NCBI GenBank assembly: GCA_963798465.1
Contig: CAWCTC010000001.1
Location: 196,315 to 260,314 of the forward strand
Direction: 5' to 3'
Length of the DNA stretch: 64,000 bases
Origin: an uncultured bacterium
GTDB taxonomy: Bacteria; Patescibacteriota; Minisyncoccia; Phycocordibacterales; GWA1-40-21
Shown: in pieces, positions 1-8,365 of the stretch
Layout of the letters: each line of letters starts with the position of its first letter
How positions within the stretch are numbered: the first letter of the stretch is position 1
Notes under the pieces: model-generated
The model's input: the letters and a program-made list of their open reading frames with translations, nothing else
Databases searched by the model: none
Told to the model about the DNA's origin: nothing
Program-made: the position numbers and the translations under genes

Positions 1-1653
1 GATCAATATGCATGGGGAAATAATGTTGGATGGATAAACTTCGGCACAGCCGATGGCGATGTTCATGTCACTTCATCTGGGCTTTCAGGATACGCATGGG
101 ATTCTATTTACGGCTGGATAAATCTAAGTCCGACCTATTCCGGCGTAAAAAATGACGGCAATGGAAATCTATCCGGATTTGCTTGGAGCCAAGGCGCAGG
201 TTTTATAGATTTTTCCGGAGTAAGCATAAATTCTTCCGGTAAATTTACTGGCCAGGCATATGGCGCGACGTATGGAATAATTAATTTTGATTGTACTCAT
301 TGTAATGTATCGACGGATTGGAGAGCGACAACCTCGCCATCTGTACCACCACCAACTGGCGGAGGCGGTGGAGGAGGCATTTCTGGTAATCCACCGGTAT
401 TGATCGGCACTCCTATTGTTCCTCCGGAAACTCCGACAACACCGATTCCTCCCACAAATACAACTCCGCCCGAAGAAAATAATGAAACCCCAACTAACCC
501 TTCTCAAGTTCCAGAAAATCCTGTAAATAGCGAGCCAGTAGTAAATCAAAGCGGTTTGCCTGTTGTTAATACAGCACCGGGAAAAACTTTTGTTTCTCAA
601 CCTCAAGCATCGACTTCTGTAAATATAAGTCTGATGTTCAATAACATAATTAAGAATTTAATTCCTGATGTAAAAAAAATATTAAGCGGAGGTAAAAAAA
701 TTATTAATACTCCTCAAGGATCAGTTGTTACAAAATCAATTTCAACTTTGGGTATAATTTCTGCCGTAGCTGCACCTTTAACTTCTATCACATTTTCTGA
801 TCTCTGGCTCAACATAATCAGATTTTTTGGACTGCTTTTTGGAGCTTGGGGATTGAAAAGGAAAGAAAGACCCTGGGGCACCGTTTACGATTCAATCACT
901 AAGCGTCCTCTTGATCCTGTCTACGTCTCTCTCATAAATGTCGAGACGAACAAAGAAGTGGCAGGAGCAATTACAGATATCGATGGAAGATATGGCTTTC
1001 TAGTTTTGCCGGGCAAATACAGAATTGAAGCCAAGAAAACAAACTACATCGAACCTTCAGTCAAAATGAAAGGAAAATCATTCGATGAAGTCTATAGCGA
1101 TCTTTATTTCGGTGAAGATATAAACGTCACTGAAGAAGGCCAAATTATTTCAAAGAATATTCCTATGGATTCTCTTTCATTCGATTGGAATGAATTTGCC
1201 AAAACTAAGATGAATGTGAATAAGTTTATAAGACAGAGAGATATAACTTGGGCAAAAATTTCAGGAATAATATTTTTCATCGGAGCGATTGTTGCCGCGA
1301 TTGCTTTGGTTGCAGCTCCAGCACCATACAATTATATTATTGCCGGCTTGTATGTTCTCTCTTATATTTTAAATTACATCGTATTCAAAAACAAAAAATC
1401 TGGAACTCTCACGGAAAAATCAACCGGTGCTCCTCTTTCTTTCGCTATCGTAAAGATATTCAGAGAAGGTGAAGATATTCCTCTTACCAAAAAGATTGCT
1501 GATAAGTTTGGAGCTTACTATGCGCTTGTGCCGAGCGGAAAATATTATATTACGGTAGACAAGAAAAATGACGACCAGTCTTACTCGGAAATATTCCACA
1601 GCGGAATCGCGTATATAAAGAATGGCGTGATAAATGAGAATCTGAAAATATAG
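1..1653 (+). CDS. large secreted/surface protein, C-terminal part (5' end lies outside the window)
   Basis: Frame 1 is open from base 1 and continuous with listed ORF 400..1653. It has repeated GW(I)NF/YGWINL motifs, a Pro/Thr linker, a carboxypeptidase-regulatory-like segment (ITDIDGRYGFLVLPGKYRIEAKK) and C-terminal hydrophobic helices. Confidence 0.6.
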   Translation, partial: DQYAWGNNVGWINFGTADGDVHVTSSGLSGYAWDSIYGWINLSPTYSGVKNDGNGNLSGFAWSQGAGFIDFSGVSINSSGKFTGQAYGATYGIINFDCTHCNVSTDWRATTSPSVPPPTGGGGGGGISGNPPVLIGTPIVPPETPTTPIPPTNTTPPEENNETPTNPSQVPENPVNSEPVVNQSGLPVVNTAPGKTFVSQPQASTSVNISLMFNNIIKNLIPDVKKILSGGKKIINTPQGSVVTKSISTLGIISAVAAPLTSITFSDLWLNIIRFFGLLFGAWGLKRKERPWGTVYDSITKRPLDPVYVSLINVETNKEVAGAITDIDGRYGFLVLPGKYRIEAKKTNYIEPSVKMKGKSFDEVYSDLYFGEDINVTEEGQIISKNIPMDSLSFDWNEFAKTKMNVNKFIRQRDITWAKISGIIFFIGAIVAAIALVAAPAPYNYIIAGLYVLSYILNYIVFKNKKSGTLTEKSTGAPLSFAIVKIFREGEDIPLTKKIADKFGAYYALVPSGKYYITVDKKNDDQSYSEIFHSGIAYIKNGVINENLKI

Positions 1654-1739
1654 AAAATTGTTGAAAATGTAAAATGATATTTTTTCCAAAATAAAAATCG
1701 TCATTTTACATTTTTTATTTACATAGTAAGATACTAAAC

Positions 1740-2528
1740 ATGAAATATCTTGGAATAGATTATGGAGAAAAAAGGGTCGGAATAGCGATTTCCGATGAAG
1801 AAGGAAGAGTTGCTTTTCCGAAAACTGTTTTGGAAAATAATCCTAATCTCAAATCTCACATTTTGGATTTGTGCAAAGAGCACAATGTAGAAGCTATTGT
1901 CATCGGCGAATCGAAAAATTATAAAGGTGAGGACAATAAAATAAATCCGGAGATAATTTTTTTCAAAAGGGAATTGGGCGCTGAGCTGAAAATGCCGATT
2001 TCTCTAGAACCGGAATTCATGACTTCCATGCAAGTCGAGAAAAATTTTGGAAAGACAGACATGCTCGATGCTTCTGCAGCTTCAATAATTTTGCAGACTT
2101 TTATGGATAAGGAAAAAAATAGGAAAGAAAAAATTCAGAAGCAGAAAACTGAGGAAGAAAAGAAAAATGTCATTGCGAGCGACACGAAGCAAACCAATAA
2201 TAAAATCAATTATGATGATTTCAAAAAAATAGAAATGAAAATCGGAAAGATACTTTCTGCGGAACCTGTTGACGGCTCGGACAAGCTTTACAAACTTTCT
2301 GTCGATTTTGCCGAAGGCGAACCAAGGCAGATTATTTCCGGAATTGCCAAGTTTTTTCCAGATTCAAAAATCCTTGTTGGAAAAAAAGTCGCGTTCGTGA
2401 CGAATCTTGAACCAAAACCTCTCATGGGAATGCAAAGCAATGGAATGATACTCGCCGTCAAATCCGAAGAAAACCTTGCACTTTTGGAAGTTCCTGATTT
2501 CATAAAAGAAGGATCGGCTTTGAGTTAA
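1740..2528 (+). CDS. ruvX: RuvX/YqgF-type putative pre-16S rRNA nuclease fused to a C-terminal tRNA-binding (CsaA/Trbp111/MetRS-C-like) domain
   Basis: The N-terminus (MKYLGIDYGEKRVGIAISD...DASAASIILQTFMD) is the YqgF pattern. The C-terminus (KIEMKIGKILSAEPVDGSDKLYKLSVDFAEGEPRQIISGIA...NLEPKPLMGMQSNGMILA) is the tRNA_bind pattern. Confidence 0.75.
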   Translation: MKYLGIDYGEKRVGIAISDEEGRVAFPKTVLENNPNLKSHILDLCKEHNVEAIVIGESKNYKGEDNKINPEIIFFKRELGAELKMPISLEPEFMTSMQVEKNFGKTDMLDASAASIILQTFMDKEKNRKEKIQKQKTEEEKKNVIASDTKQTNNKINYDDFKKIEMKIGKILSAEPVDGSDKLYKLSVDFAEGEPRQIISGIAKFFPDSKILVGKKVAFVTNLEPKPLMGMQSNGMILAVKSEENLALLEVPDFIKEGSALS

Positions 2529-2543
2529 TCCATAAAAATTCAT

Positions 2544-3155
2544 ATGATAAATAATTTTCTTCATCTTCTTGATCCAATGGTAATAATAAAAGCTGTCGGA
2601 CTCATCGGCGTGCTCGGAATTGTTTTTGCCGAGTCTGGATTATTTTTCGGGTTCTTTTTTCCGGGAGATTCTCTGCTTTTTACGGCTGGTTTTTTAGCTT
2701 CGCAAAATTATTTTAACATAGCGATTCTCGCTTTCGGCGCATTCATATGCGCAATCTTGGGCGATAGCGTTGGATATTGGTTCGGAAGAAAAGTTGGTCC
2801 GAGGATTTTCAACAGGGAAGATTCATTTTTTTTCCATAAAAAACATATTGAAAGAGCGCAGAATTTTTATGACAAGTATGGCAACAAAACTATTTTTTTG
2901 GCGAGATTCGTGCCAGTCGTAAGAACTTTTGCTCCGATTGTAGCCGGAGTCGGGCAGATGAAATATAAGAATTTCATATTTTACAATGTAGCTGGAGGCT
3001 TGGTTTGGTCTTTGTTGCTGATTTTCTCAGGATATTTTTTAGGACGGATTATCCCCGGCGCAGACAAGTATATTCTTCCGATAATCATCGTAATAATAAT
3101 CATATCTTTTCTTCCGTTATTTTCTGAATTGATAAAATCAAAGTCTAAAAAATAA
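2544..3155 (+). CDS. DedA family membrane protein
   Basis: Multi-TM protein carrying GFFFPGDSLLF and FLARFVPVVRTFAPIVAGV, which are typical DedA/SNARE-associated motifs. Confidence 0.75.
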   Translation: MINNFLHLLDPMVIIKAVGLIGVLGIVFAESGLFFGFFFPGDSLLFTAGFLASQNYFNIAILAFGAFICAILGDSVGYWFGRKVGPRIFNREDSFFFHKKHIERAQNFYDKYGNKTIFLARFVPVVRTFAPIVAGVGQMKYKNFIFYNVAGGLVWSLLLIFSGYFLGRIIPGADKYILPIIIVIIIISFLPLFSELIKSKSKK

Positions 3156-3218
3156 TCAGCATCTTTTTCATCGTTATTTCCGAACTGCAAGTTTTTTGAT
3201 ATACTTCAGGTAGTATTT

Positions 3219-4322
3219 ATGAAGACAAATTTTTTGAAAAAAATATTCTATTTGCCGAACTTTTTATCTCTGCCGGTTGCCGGCATAGAGATATGCAACA
3301 AATCCATAAAATATATAGAGTTTTCAAATAAAAGAGGAAATATTTCCTTGAAGAATTTTGGAGAAGTTTTTTTGGCTCCGGATACCGTAAAGGATGGAGA
3401 TATTTTGAACAAGGTCGCACTTATAAAAGCGCTTGCTGAAGTTAAAGGAAAAATTTCATCTGATTTTGTGACAATTTCAATTCCCGAAGAAAAAACTTAT
3501 ATATTTGATGTGGAAATGCCGGCGGAAGCGAAGTCTGATATAAGAGAAGCTTTAGGATTCAAGATAGAAGAAAATGTCCCGCTCAAGCTTGAAGAAACAT
3601 CTTTTGAATATGAAATCATCAATGACAATAAAAAAAATTCCAAGAATATAAATGTAAATGTATCGGTCATTCCTGAAAAAGTTCTTTCCGATTATGCGGA
3701 TATTTTTGAACAGGCGGAAATATATCCATTATCTTTTGAATTGGAAGCGAAGATGATCGTGGATTCGGTCATTTCAAAAAATGATGCCGGAAATTTTATA
3801 ATCCTGCATATAAAAGATGATTCCACAATATTCATTGCTGTTGTCGGCGGAGTAGCCAGATTTACGTCATCGGTGGCGATAGGAGAAAGCCTCATAAGAG
3901 ATAGGCTTTTGAAAACGGGATTGTTCTCGGATGAATTGGCGAGTGGCAAATTTTTTGAAAATGATTTTTCTTTTGAAACGACTTACACGAAAGAATCTTA
4001 TGATTCTCTTATAAATATATTTTCCGTTTTGAAAGATGAATTGGAAAAGTTCAACGACTACGCGATAAATAAAATTTCCGACATGGATTTATCCGGTTCA
4101 AAAAAAATCGATAAGATAATTCTATGTGGAAGAAGTGCGACATTGCCCGGGCTCGCGAAGCATATCAATCAAAAAATAAATGCAGATATAGTCTTGGCCG
4201 ACGTTTGGTCGAATGTTTTTGATAAAAAAGAGGTTACTCCGAACATGAAATTCAGCGATTCTCTTGCTTTTGTCACAACTATCGGGCTTGTAGTATCATC
4301 ATATAAAGAAATAGATGCTTAA
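3219..4322 (+). CDS. pilM: type IV pilus assembly protein PilM-like (actin-like ATPase fold)
   Basis: Its length, its position upstream of PilN/PilO-like genes and a 4-nt overlap with the next gene fit PilM. Confidence 0.65.
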   Translation: MKTNFLKKIFYLPNFLSLPVAGIEICNKSIKYIEFSNKRGNISLKNFGEVFLAPDTVKDGDILNKVALIKALAEVKGKISSDFVTISIPEEKTYIFDVEMPAEAKSDIREALGFKIEENVPLKLEETSFEYEIINDNKKNSKNINVNVSVIPEKVLSDYADIFEQAEIYPLSFELEAKMIVDSVISKNDAGNFIILHIKDDSTIFIAVVGGVARFTSSVAIGESLIRDRLLKTGLFSDELASGKFFENDFSFETTYTKESYDSLINIFSVLKDELEKFNDYAINKISDMDLSGSKKIDKIILCGRSATLPGLAKHINQKINADIVLADVWSNVFDKKEVTPNMKFSDSLAFVTTIGLVVSSYKEIDA

Positions 4323-4854
4323 CTTTCTACCACAAAAAAATAAGAATGAAATCGTCTCGGAATATCTTCTCAGACTTTCATTTTTCTTATTGCTGTTCAT
4401 TTTTTTATCCAGCATAGTCTTGATTTCCTTATTCGTGCCTACATTTTTCTATGCAAAAATTAAGGATAATTCTTTCCAGCAACAGCTTGCTTCTGTAGAG
4501 CAGGAAAATGCAAGCAAAGGCGTGGATCCCGTGGCTTTTGTAAAAAATGTAAATATATTGGCGACTTCTCTTGCACTTAAAAGCGATCCGACGGATTACA
4601 GTGATATGATAAATAAAATAGTTTTTTTGAAAAATAAAGATATAAAAATATTATCGATTTCTATTTCCGAGGATACTCCTACTACCGAGAAAATATTGCT
4701 GAACGGTATTGCCGGCGAGAGAGACAGTTTGACAGATTATGAAAATGCCCTTGAGACCGACGGCTTTTTCAACAGCATATCTTTTCCTATCACGGATTTC
4801 ATCCAGGATTCCAATTCAGGCTTCTTCGCAACATTAATCTATAAAAATAAATAA
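4315..4854 (+). CDS. PilN-like fimbrial assembly protein
   Basis: N-terminal NFLPQK motif followed by a single TM helix. The start overlaps the pilM stop. Confidence 0.55.
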   Translation: MLNFLPQKNKNEIVSEYLLRLSFFLLLFIFLSSIVLISLFVPTFFYAKIKDNSFQQQLASVEQENASKGVDPVAFVKNVNILATSLALKSDPTDYSDMINKIVFLKNKDIKILSISISEDTPTTEKILLNGIAGERDSLTDYENALETDGFFNSISFPITDFIQDSNSGFFATLIYKNK

Positions 4855-4855
4855 A

Positions 4856-5410
4856 ATGCCCAAGAAAGAAACAAAAATATTAGTTATCATATTTTTGGCG
4901 ATAGATATAATATCTGTCGGAGCTTTTGTGTTTTTATTTTCTATGACATCGCGGATGATTGCGGATTCTATAAACATGGAAAATCAAATATTTACTGAAT
5001 TAAAAACAGACGAAGCAAGAACTCTGATGAAGAATGATCTTGCGAATGGTGAAAATTACCAGAACGAGCTCTCGGCTTATATGATATCTTCAGGCGGAAC
5101 AGTCGATTTTATAAAAACTTTGGGACAGTTGGTTTCAAACAGCAATATAAAGTCTGATATAAAAAGTGTGACGACCGAGCCGTATGACAAAGGAAATGCA
5201 GTCGGCGAGGAATTGCTCGCAGTCGATATAAGCGTTACCGGCGAATGGAATAACATACAATTTTTTATGAAAATGCTTGAAAATTATCCGCTCCGAATAG
5301 ACATGCAAAGCGTATCTTTCAATAAAATTTCAGATTATACGATAGGCGGAAAAGATGTTTCAGAGTGGTCTGGCGAATTTCAATTCACAGTCGTAAAAAT
5401 AAAAGATTAA
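4856..5410 (+). CDS. PilO-like single-pass membrane protein
   Basis: N-terminal TM helix. It is third in the pilMN operon, 1 nt after the previous stop. Confidence 0.35.
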   Translation: MPKKETKILVIIFLAIDIISVGAFVFLFSMTSRMIADSINMENQIFTELKTDEARTLMKNDLANGENYQNELSAYMISSGGTVDFIKTLGQLVSNSNIKSDIKSVTTEPYDKGNAVGEELLAVDISVTGEWNNIQFFMKMLENYPLRIDMQSVSFNKISDYTIGGKDVSEWSGEFQFTVVKIKD

Positions 5411-5546
5411 TCCGCACACTAACTTTGTCATTGTGTTTTTTTGTCAAAAGATATTTAATAAATAATTAGTGTTGTTGCTGCAAATGAAAGTTAATGTTGT
5501 ATAATATTAAAAACATAAGGCAAAGATGACAAAGTTAGTGTGCGGA
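5411..5546. repeat. 21-bp perfect inverted repeat (TCCGCACACTAACTTTGTCAT / ATGACAAAGTTAGTGTGCGGA) flanking a 94-bp AT-rich spacer
   Basis: Read directly: left arm 5411-5431, right arm 5526-5546. The spacer contains TATAAT at 5500-5505. Confidence 0.8.
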
Positions 5547-5560
5547 TAAAAAATAAAATC

Positions 5561-5872
5561 ATGAATAATCCCGCAAAAAAAACATCGACATTCGGAACTA
5601 TAAATTTTTCCGGCAAGCTGGTAAATCCGAAAAGGGATTGGCCTATACTTCTTTTTCTGTCCGTGGTATTCATACTTATTTCAGTCGGTTTTGATGTTTA
5701 TATGTATCTGCAAATTTCAAGCGGCAATATGTATGTGACAATATCGAAAAATGAATTGGTCATAGAAAGTCTCGATTCGTCGACCTTGCAGAATATATTG
5801 AATGATTTTGAAAATAAAAAAGCCAATATTGCCGATTTGAAAATTGATAATTTGGTTGACCCTTCCATATAA
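5561..5872 (+). CDS. hypothetical single-TM protein
   Basis: Listed ORF 5540..5872. ATG 5561 is preferred because GTG 5540 lies inside the inverted-repeat arm. Confidence 0.4.
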   Translation: MNNPAKKTSTFGTINFSGKLVNPKRDWPILLFLSVVFILISVGFDVYMYLQISSGNMYVTISKNELVIESLDSSTLQNILNDFENKKANIADLKIDNLVDPSI

Positions 5873-5910
5873 AACTGTTATATTGTTTTGGCATCTCAAG
5901 AAACATCCAT

Positions 5911-5982
5911 GCCCTTGTAGTTCAATGGATAGAACAGAGCTCTTCTAAGGCTTTGATGTAGGTTCGATTCCTGCCAGGGGCA
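5911..5982 (+). tRNA. tRNA-Arg (anticodon TCT)
   Basis: Manual cloverleaf: acceptor GCCCTTG/CAGGGGC, D arm GTTC..GAAC, anticodon loop CTTCTAA, T arm GTAGG-TTCGATT-CCTGC. No encoded CCA. Confidence 0.85.
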
Positions 5983-6019
5983 CAAAATTAAAAAACGCTG
6001 AAAGGCGTTTTTTAATTTT

Positions 6020-6065
6020 GTGCCCCTGAGGAAGTGCTCAGACGCACTTCCGTGCAGGAATCGAA
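6020..6065 (+). repeat. tRNA-Arg 3'-half mirror module
   Basis: GTGCCCCTG is the reverse complement of the tRNA acceptor 3' strand. It is followed by A + 22-nt hairpin GGAAGTGC-TCAGAC-GCACTTCC + GT. GCAGGAATCGAA is then the reverse complement of the T-loop and T-stem 3' strand. Confidence 0.8.
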
Positions 6066-6145
6066 AAACCTTGAGTATATTTTTGAGCTTTTACTAAAGT
6101 GAAAAAATACGAATGGTTGAAATGCGAATACATGTAGCATTTCAA

Positions 6146-6207
6146 AGACGGAGACTGACGAGTCGAGTCGGGGTCGAGCAAATTTTCAGTAGAAAATTAT
6201 GCGTGAC
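6146..6207 (+). repeat. GC-rich box (AGACGGAG...GTCGAG) plus 25-nt box TTTTCAGTAGAAAATTATGCGTGAC
   Basis: The 25-nt box matches 49192-49216 at 24/25 positions. The GC-rich box resembles 49107-49136, 17604-17640 and the box inside the tRNA-His units. Confidence 0.7.
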
Positions 6208-6373
6208 TACAGCTCCTGTAAGGAGAGATAAGTGTACTCACGGTCCTGCCAAGGGCACACGCATGTGAGACAGACCGAGAGGCTTAAATCCTCGCTTTTT
6301 TGGCGTTGAAAAAAACAACCCCGAAAGGAATCGAACCGAGAAATATTTTAACTATATTTTTCAATGTATCCCG

Positions 6374-7915
6374 CTAGTGAGACCGAGAGGGTTCGATTCC
6401 TATTAAGCGCACAAAATGTTTCTCATTATCTGTAAACTCAGATTTTAGCTTGTAAACTATGCTTAGTTCTGCGGTTTTAAACCCCGGATATGTGTATTCA
6501 ATATTTCTAGGAAAAATCAGCTCTCTTAAAACCCTTAGGTCTTTCACATCTAGGTTTTTCCACTCTTTAGGAAGATGTTTAAGAAAGTCTAAACTAGAGT
6601 CAATGACATTTTCTAATTCAAGTTCTGGAATGAAGATTTCATTAATAGCTTTTTCATGTTCATAAATATCAAATTTTATTTTTTCATTAGCTTCTGTAAA
6701 ATCTTCATCAGATATTTTTCCAGCCAATCTCAAATCAAGCAGTTTTTCTTTTTTATCTTTTCTCTCTAGTATTTTAGATTCAAAACCTGCTTTTGTTGCA
6801 GTTGTAGACTGGAGTTCCTGCTTATGAGCTATCTTAATTGTTTCTTTTAAGACTTCAAATAGATTATCATCAGGAGTTACATCTTTAAGAAGAGAGGTAA
6901 AGTCATTTTCAAAGATTTCCTTATTTATGGAAGTTCTTTTACCACACTCATAGCAATAGCAACTATAATAATGGTAGTATTTACCTCTACCTTTACTTTT
7001 TCCACCACTAATACTTCTACCACAGCCACCACACCTCACCCCTCTCAAAGGATACATGGGATTATCAATGTTCCTTGGAAATTTTTTACTAGCAGATTTA
7101 TTTCTTGCAGATTGAGCTTCAATAAACAACTTCTCACTAATGATTGGTTCATGATTGCCTTTAATAGATATTTCAAATTTGGGAGAAATAATCCATCCAT
7201 AATATACTGGGTTTTTAATTATGTTAGCTACAAGCTGTTTATAGAATTTTATTCCACGGCGACTTTTTAAACCAGTTTTGTTAACTTTTTTTGCCAATTC
7301 TTTAAAAGTATATTTACCTGTAGCATATTCCTCAAAAAGCATTTTAATAATAGGTGCTCTTTCTGGGTGAGGAATTATTATTTTGTTGCCAAGTCTATCT
7401 ATAGTATTTACATAGCCCCAAGGAGCTTTTGAATTGACATAACCTTTAAGAGTTCTGGCTTTCATACCATCAAAAGTTCTTTGTGATTTTACATTATTAT
7501 CAAATTCCGCAAATGAAATAAGCATATTTTCATATAGCTTACCAGCCGGAGTATCTTCAATATTTTCAGTGGCAGAAACTAAAGTAATACCCATTTTGTT
7601 TAAAGAATATTTGAGATATGGATAATCAAACGAAGATCTAGAAAGTCTGTCCACTTTGTAGAAAATAATAATTCCAATTTTATTTTTATTTTTTTCACAG
7701 TATCTCAACATCAATTGGAGTTGAGTTCTGTTTGCAGTTTTAGCACTCTCTCCTTCTTCTCTGAATATCTCTAAAACTTCATATCCATGCTTCAGTGCAT
7801 ATTCTCTACAAGTTTTTTCTTGGCTTCCCAAACTAAAATTTAGGATCTGCTCTTTTGAAGAAACCCTTACGTAAACCAAAGCATTCTTTGGTTTTATTTT
7901 ATTTATATTTTTCAT
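6374..7915 (-). CDS. large serine recombinase (resolvase catalytic domain + recombinase domain + zinc ribbon)
   Basis: ALVYVRVSSKEQ catalytic motif, YKVDRLSRS, Cys-rich CGGCGRSISGG...YYSCYCYECGK, and a C-terminal coiled-coil region. Confidence 0.85.
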   Translation of the reverse strand: MKNINKIKPKNALVYVRVSSKEQILNFSLGSQEKTCREYALKHGYEVLEIFREEGESAKTANRTQLQLMLRYCEKNKNKIGIIIFYKVDRLSRSSFDYPYLKYSLNKMGITLVSATENIEDTPAGKLYENMLISFAEFDNNVKSQRTFDGMKARTLKGYVNSKAPWGYVNTIDRLGNKIIIPHPERAPIIKMLFEEYATGKYTFKELAKKVNKTGLKSRRGIKFYKQLVANIIKNPVYYGWIISPKFEISIKGNHEPIISEKLFIEAQSARNKSASKKFPRNIDNPMYPLRGVRCGGCGRSISGGKSKGRGKYYHYYSCYCYECGKRTSINKEIFENDFTSLLKDVTPDDNLFEVLKETIKIAHKQELQSTTATKAGFESKILERKDKKEKLLDLRLAGKISDEDFTEANEKIKFDIYEHEKAINEIFIPELELENVIDSSLDFLKHLPKEWKNLDVKDLRVLRELIFPRNIEYTYPGFKTAELSIVYKLKSEFTDNEKHFVRLIGIEPSRSH

Positions 7916-7973
7916 AATATTTGTTTTTATAATTAAACCTCCTTTCCTTTAAAAAGAAAAGGAGTTAATCAAG

Positions 7974-8303
7974 TTAATAAATTGCTATCAGTTCTATTCC
8001 GTAATCTTTAATCATCTTTTCTATCCTCTGAAGCTCATCTGGTATTACCGATATTTTGCTCTTATCATTTACGATAAAAGCTCTTATATTTTCTTTATAG
8101 TCATTGCAATACCTTAAAGCTTCTCTCAAATAATATCTGTCACTTACTTTGGTAGCCACGGTATTCTCTCTGAAGATTTTAACTGTACATCCCAATTTCT
8201 TTGCTCTGTTTTTACAGAAGAGTTCCTGTAAAACTGCTTTTCTACATTCACCCTTAACATACGCCCGAGAACTGATAAAAATAACCACGATGTTTTTTTT
8301 CAT
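7974..8303 (-). CDS. small resolvase-catalytic-domain-like protein (degenerate, no DNA-binding domain)
   Basis: 109 aa, with the layout IVVIFISSRAY...LREALRYC...IRAFIVNDKSKIS...GIELIAI, which resembles a serine-recombinase N-terminal domain. It lies directly upstream of the large recombinase. Confidence 0.4.
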   Translation of the reverse strand: MKKNIVVIFISSRAYVKGECRKAVLQELFCKNRAKKLGCTVKIFRENTVATKVSDRYYLREALRYCNDYKENIRAFIVNDKSKISVIPDELQRIEKMIKDYGIELIAIY

Positions 8304-8341
8304 ATTTTTAATTGTTAATTTTGTTTGTAAAGCTTCCCTTT

Positions 8342-8365
8342 ACAGGGAAACAAAGGTTTCCCTGT
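8342..8365. promoter_or_regulatory. 24-bp perfect palindrome ACAGGGAAAC-AAAG-GTTTCCCTGT upstream of the recombinase operon
   Basis: Read directly. It lies ~40 nt upstream (minus-strand sense) of the 8303 start codon. Confidence 0.4.

Noticed and set aside
6155-6180. Hammerhead ribozyme core (CUGACGA ... GAG/AAA)
   Set aside because: CTGACGA at 6155-6161 fits CUGANGA. However, the following sequence (GTCGAGTCGGGGTCGAG) is a direct repeat, not an inverted one, so no helix II / GAAA / helix III arrangement can be drawn. The motif is not conserved at the other loci.
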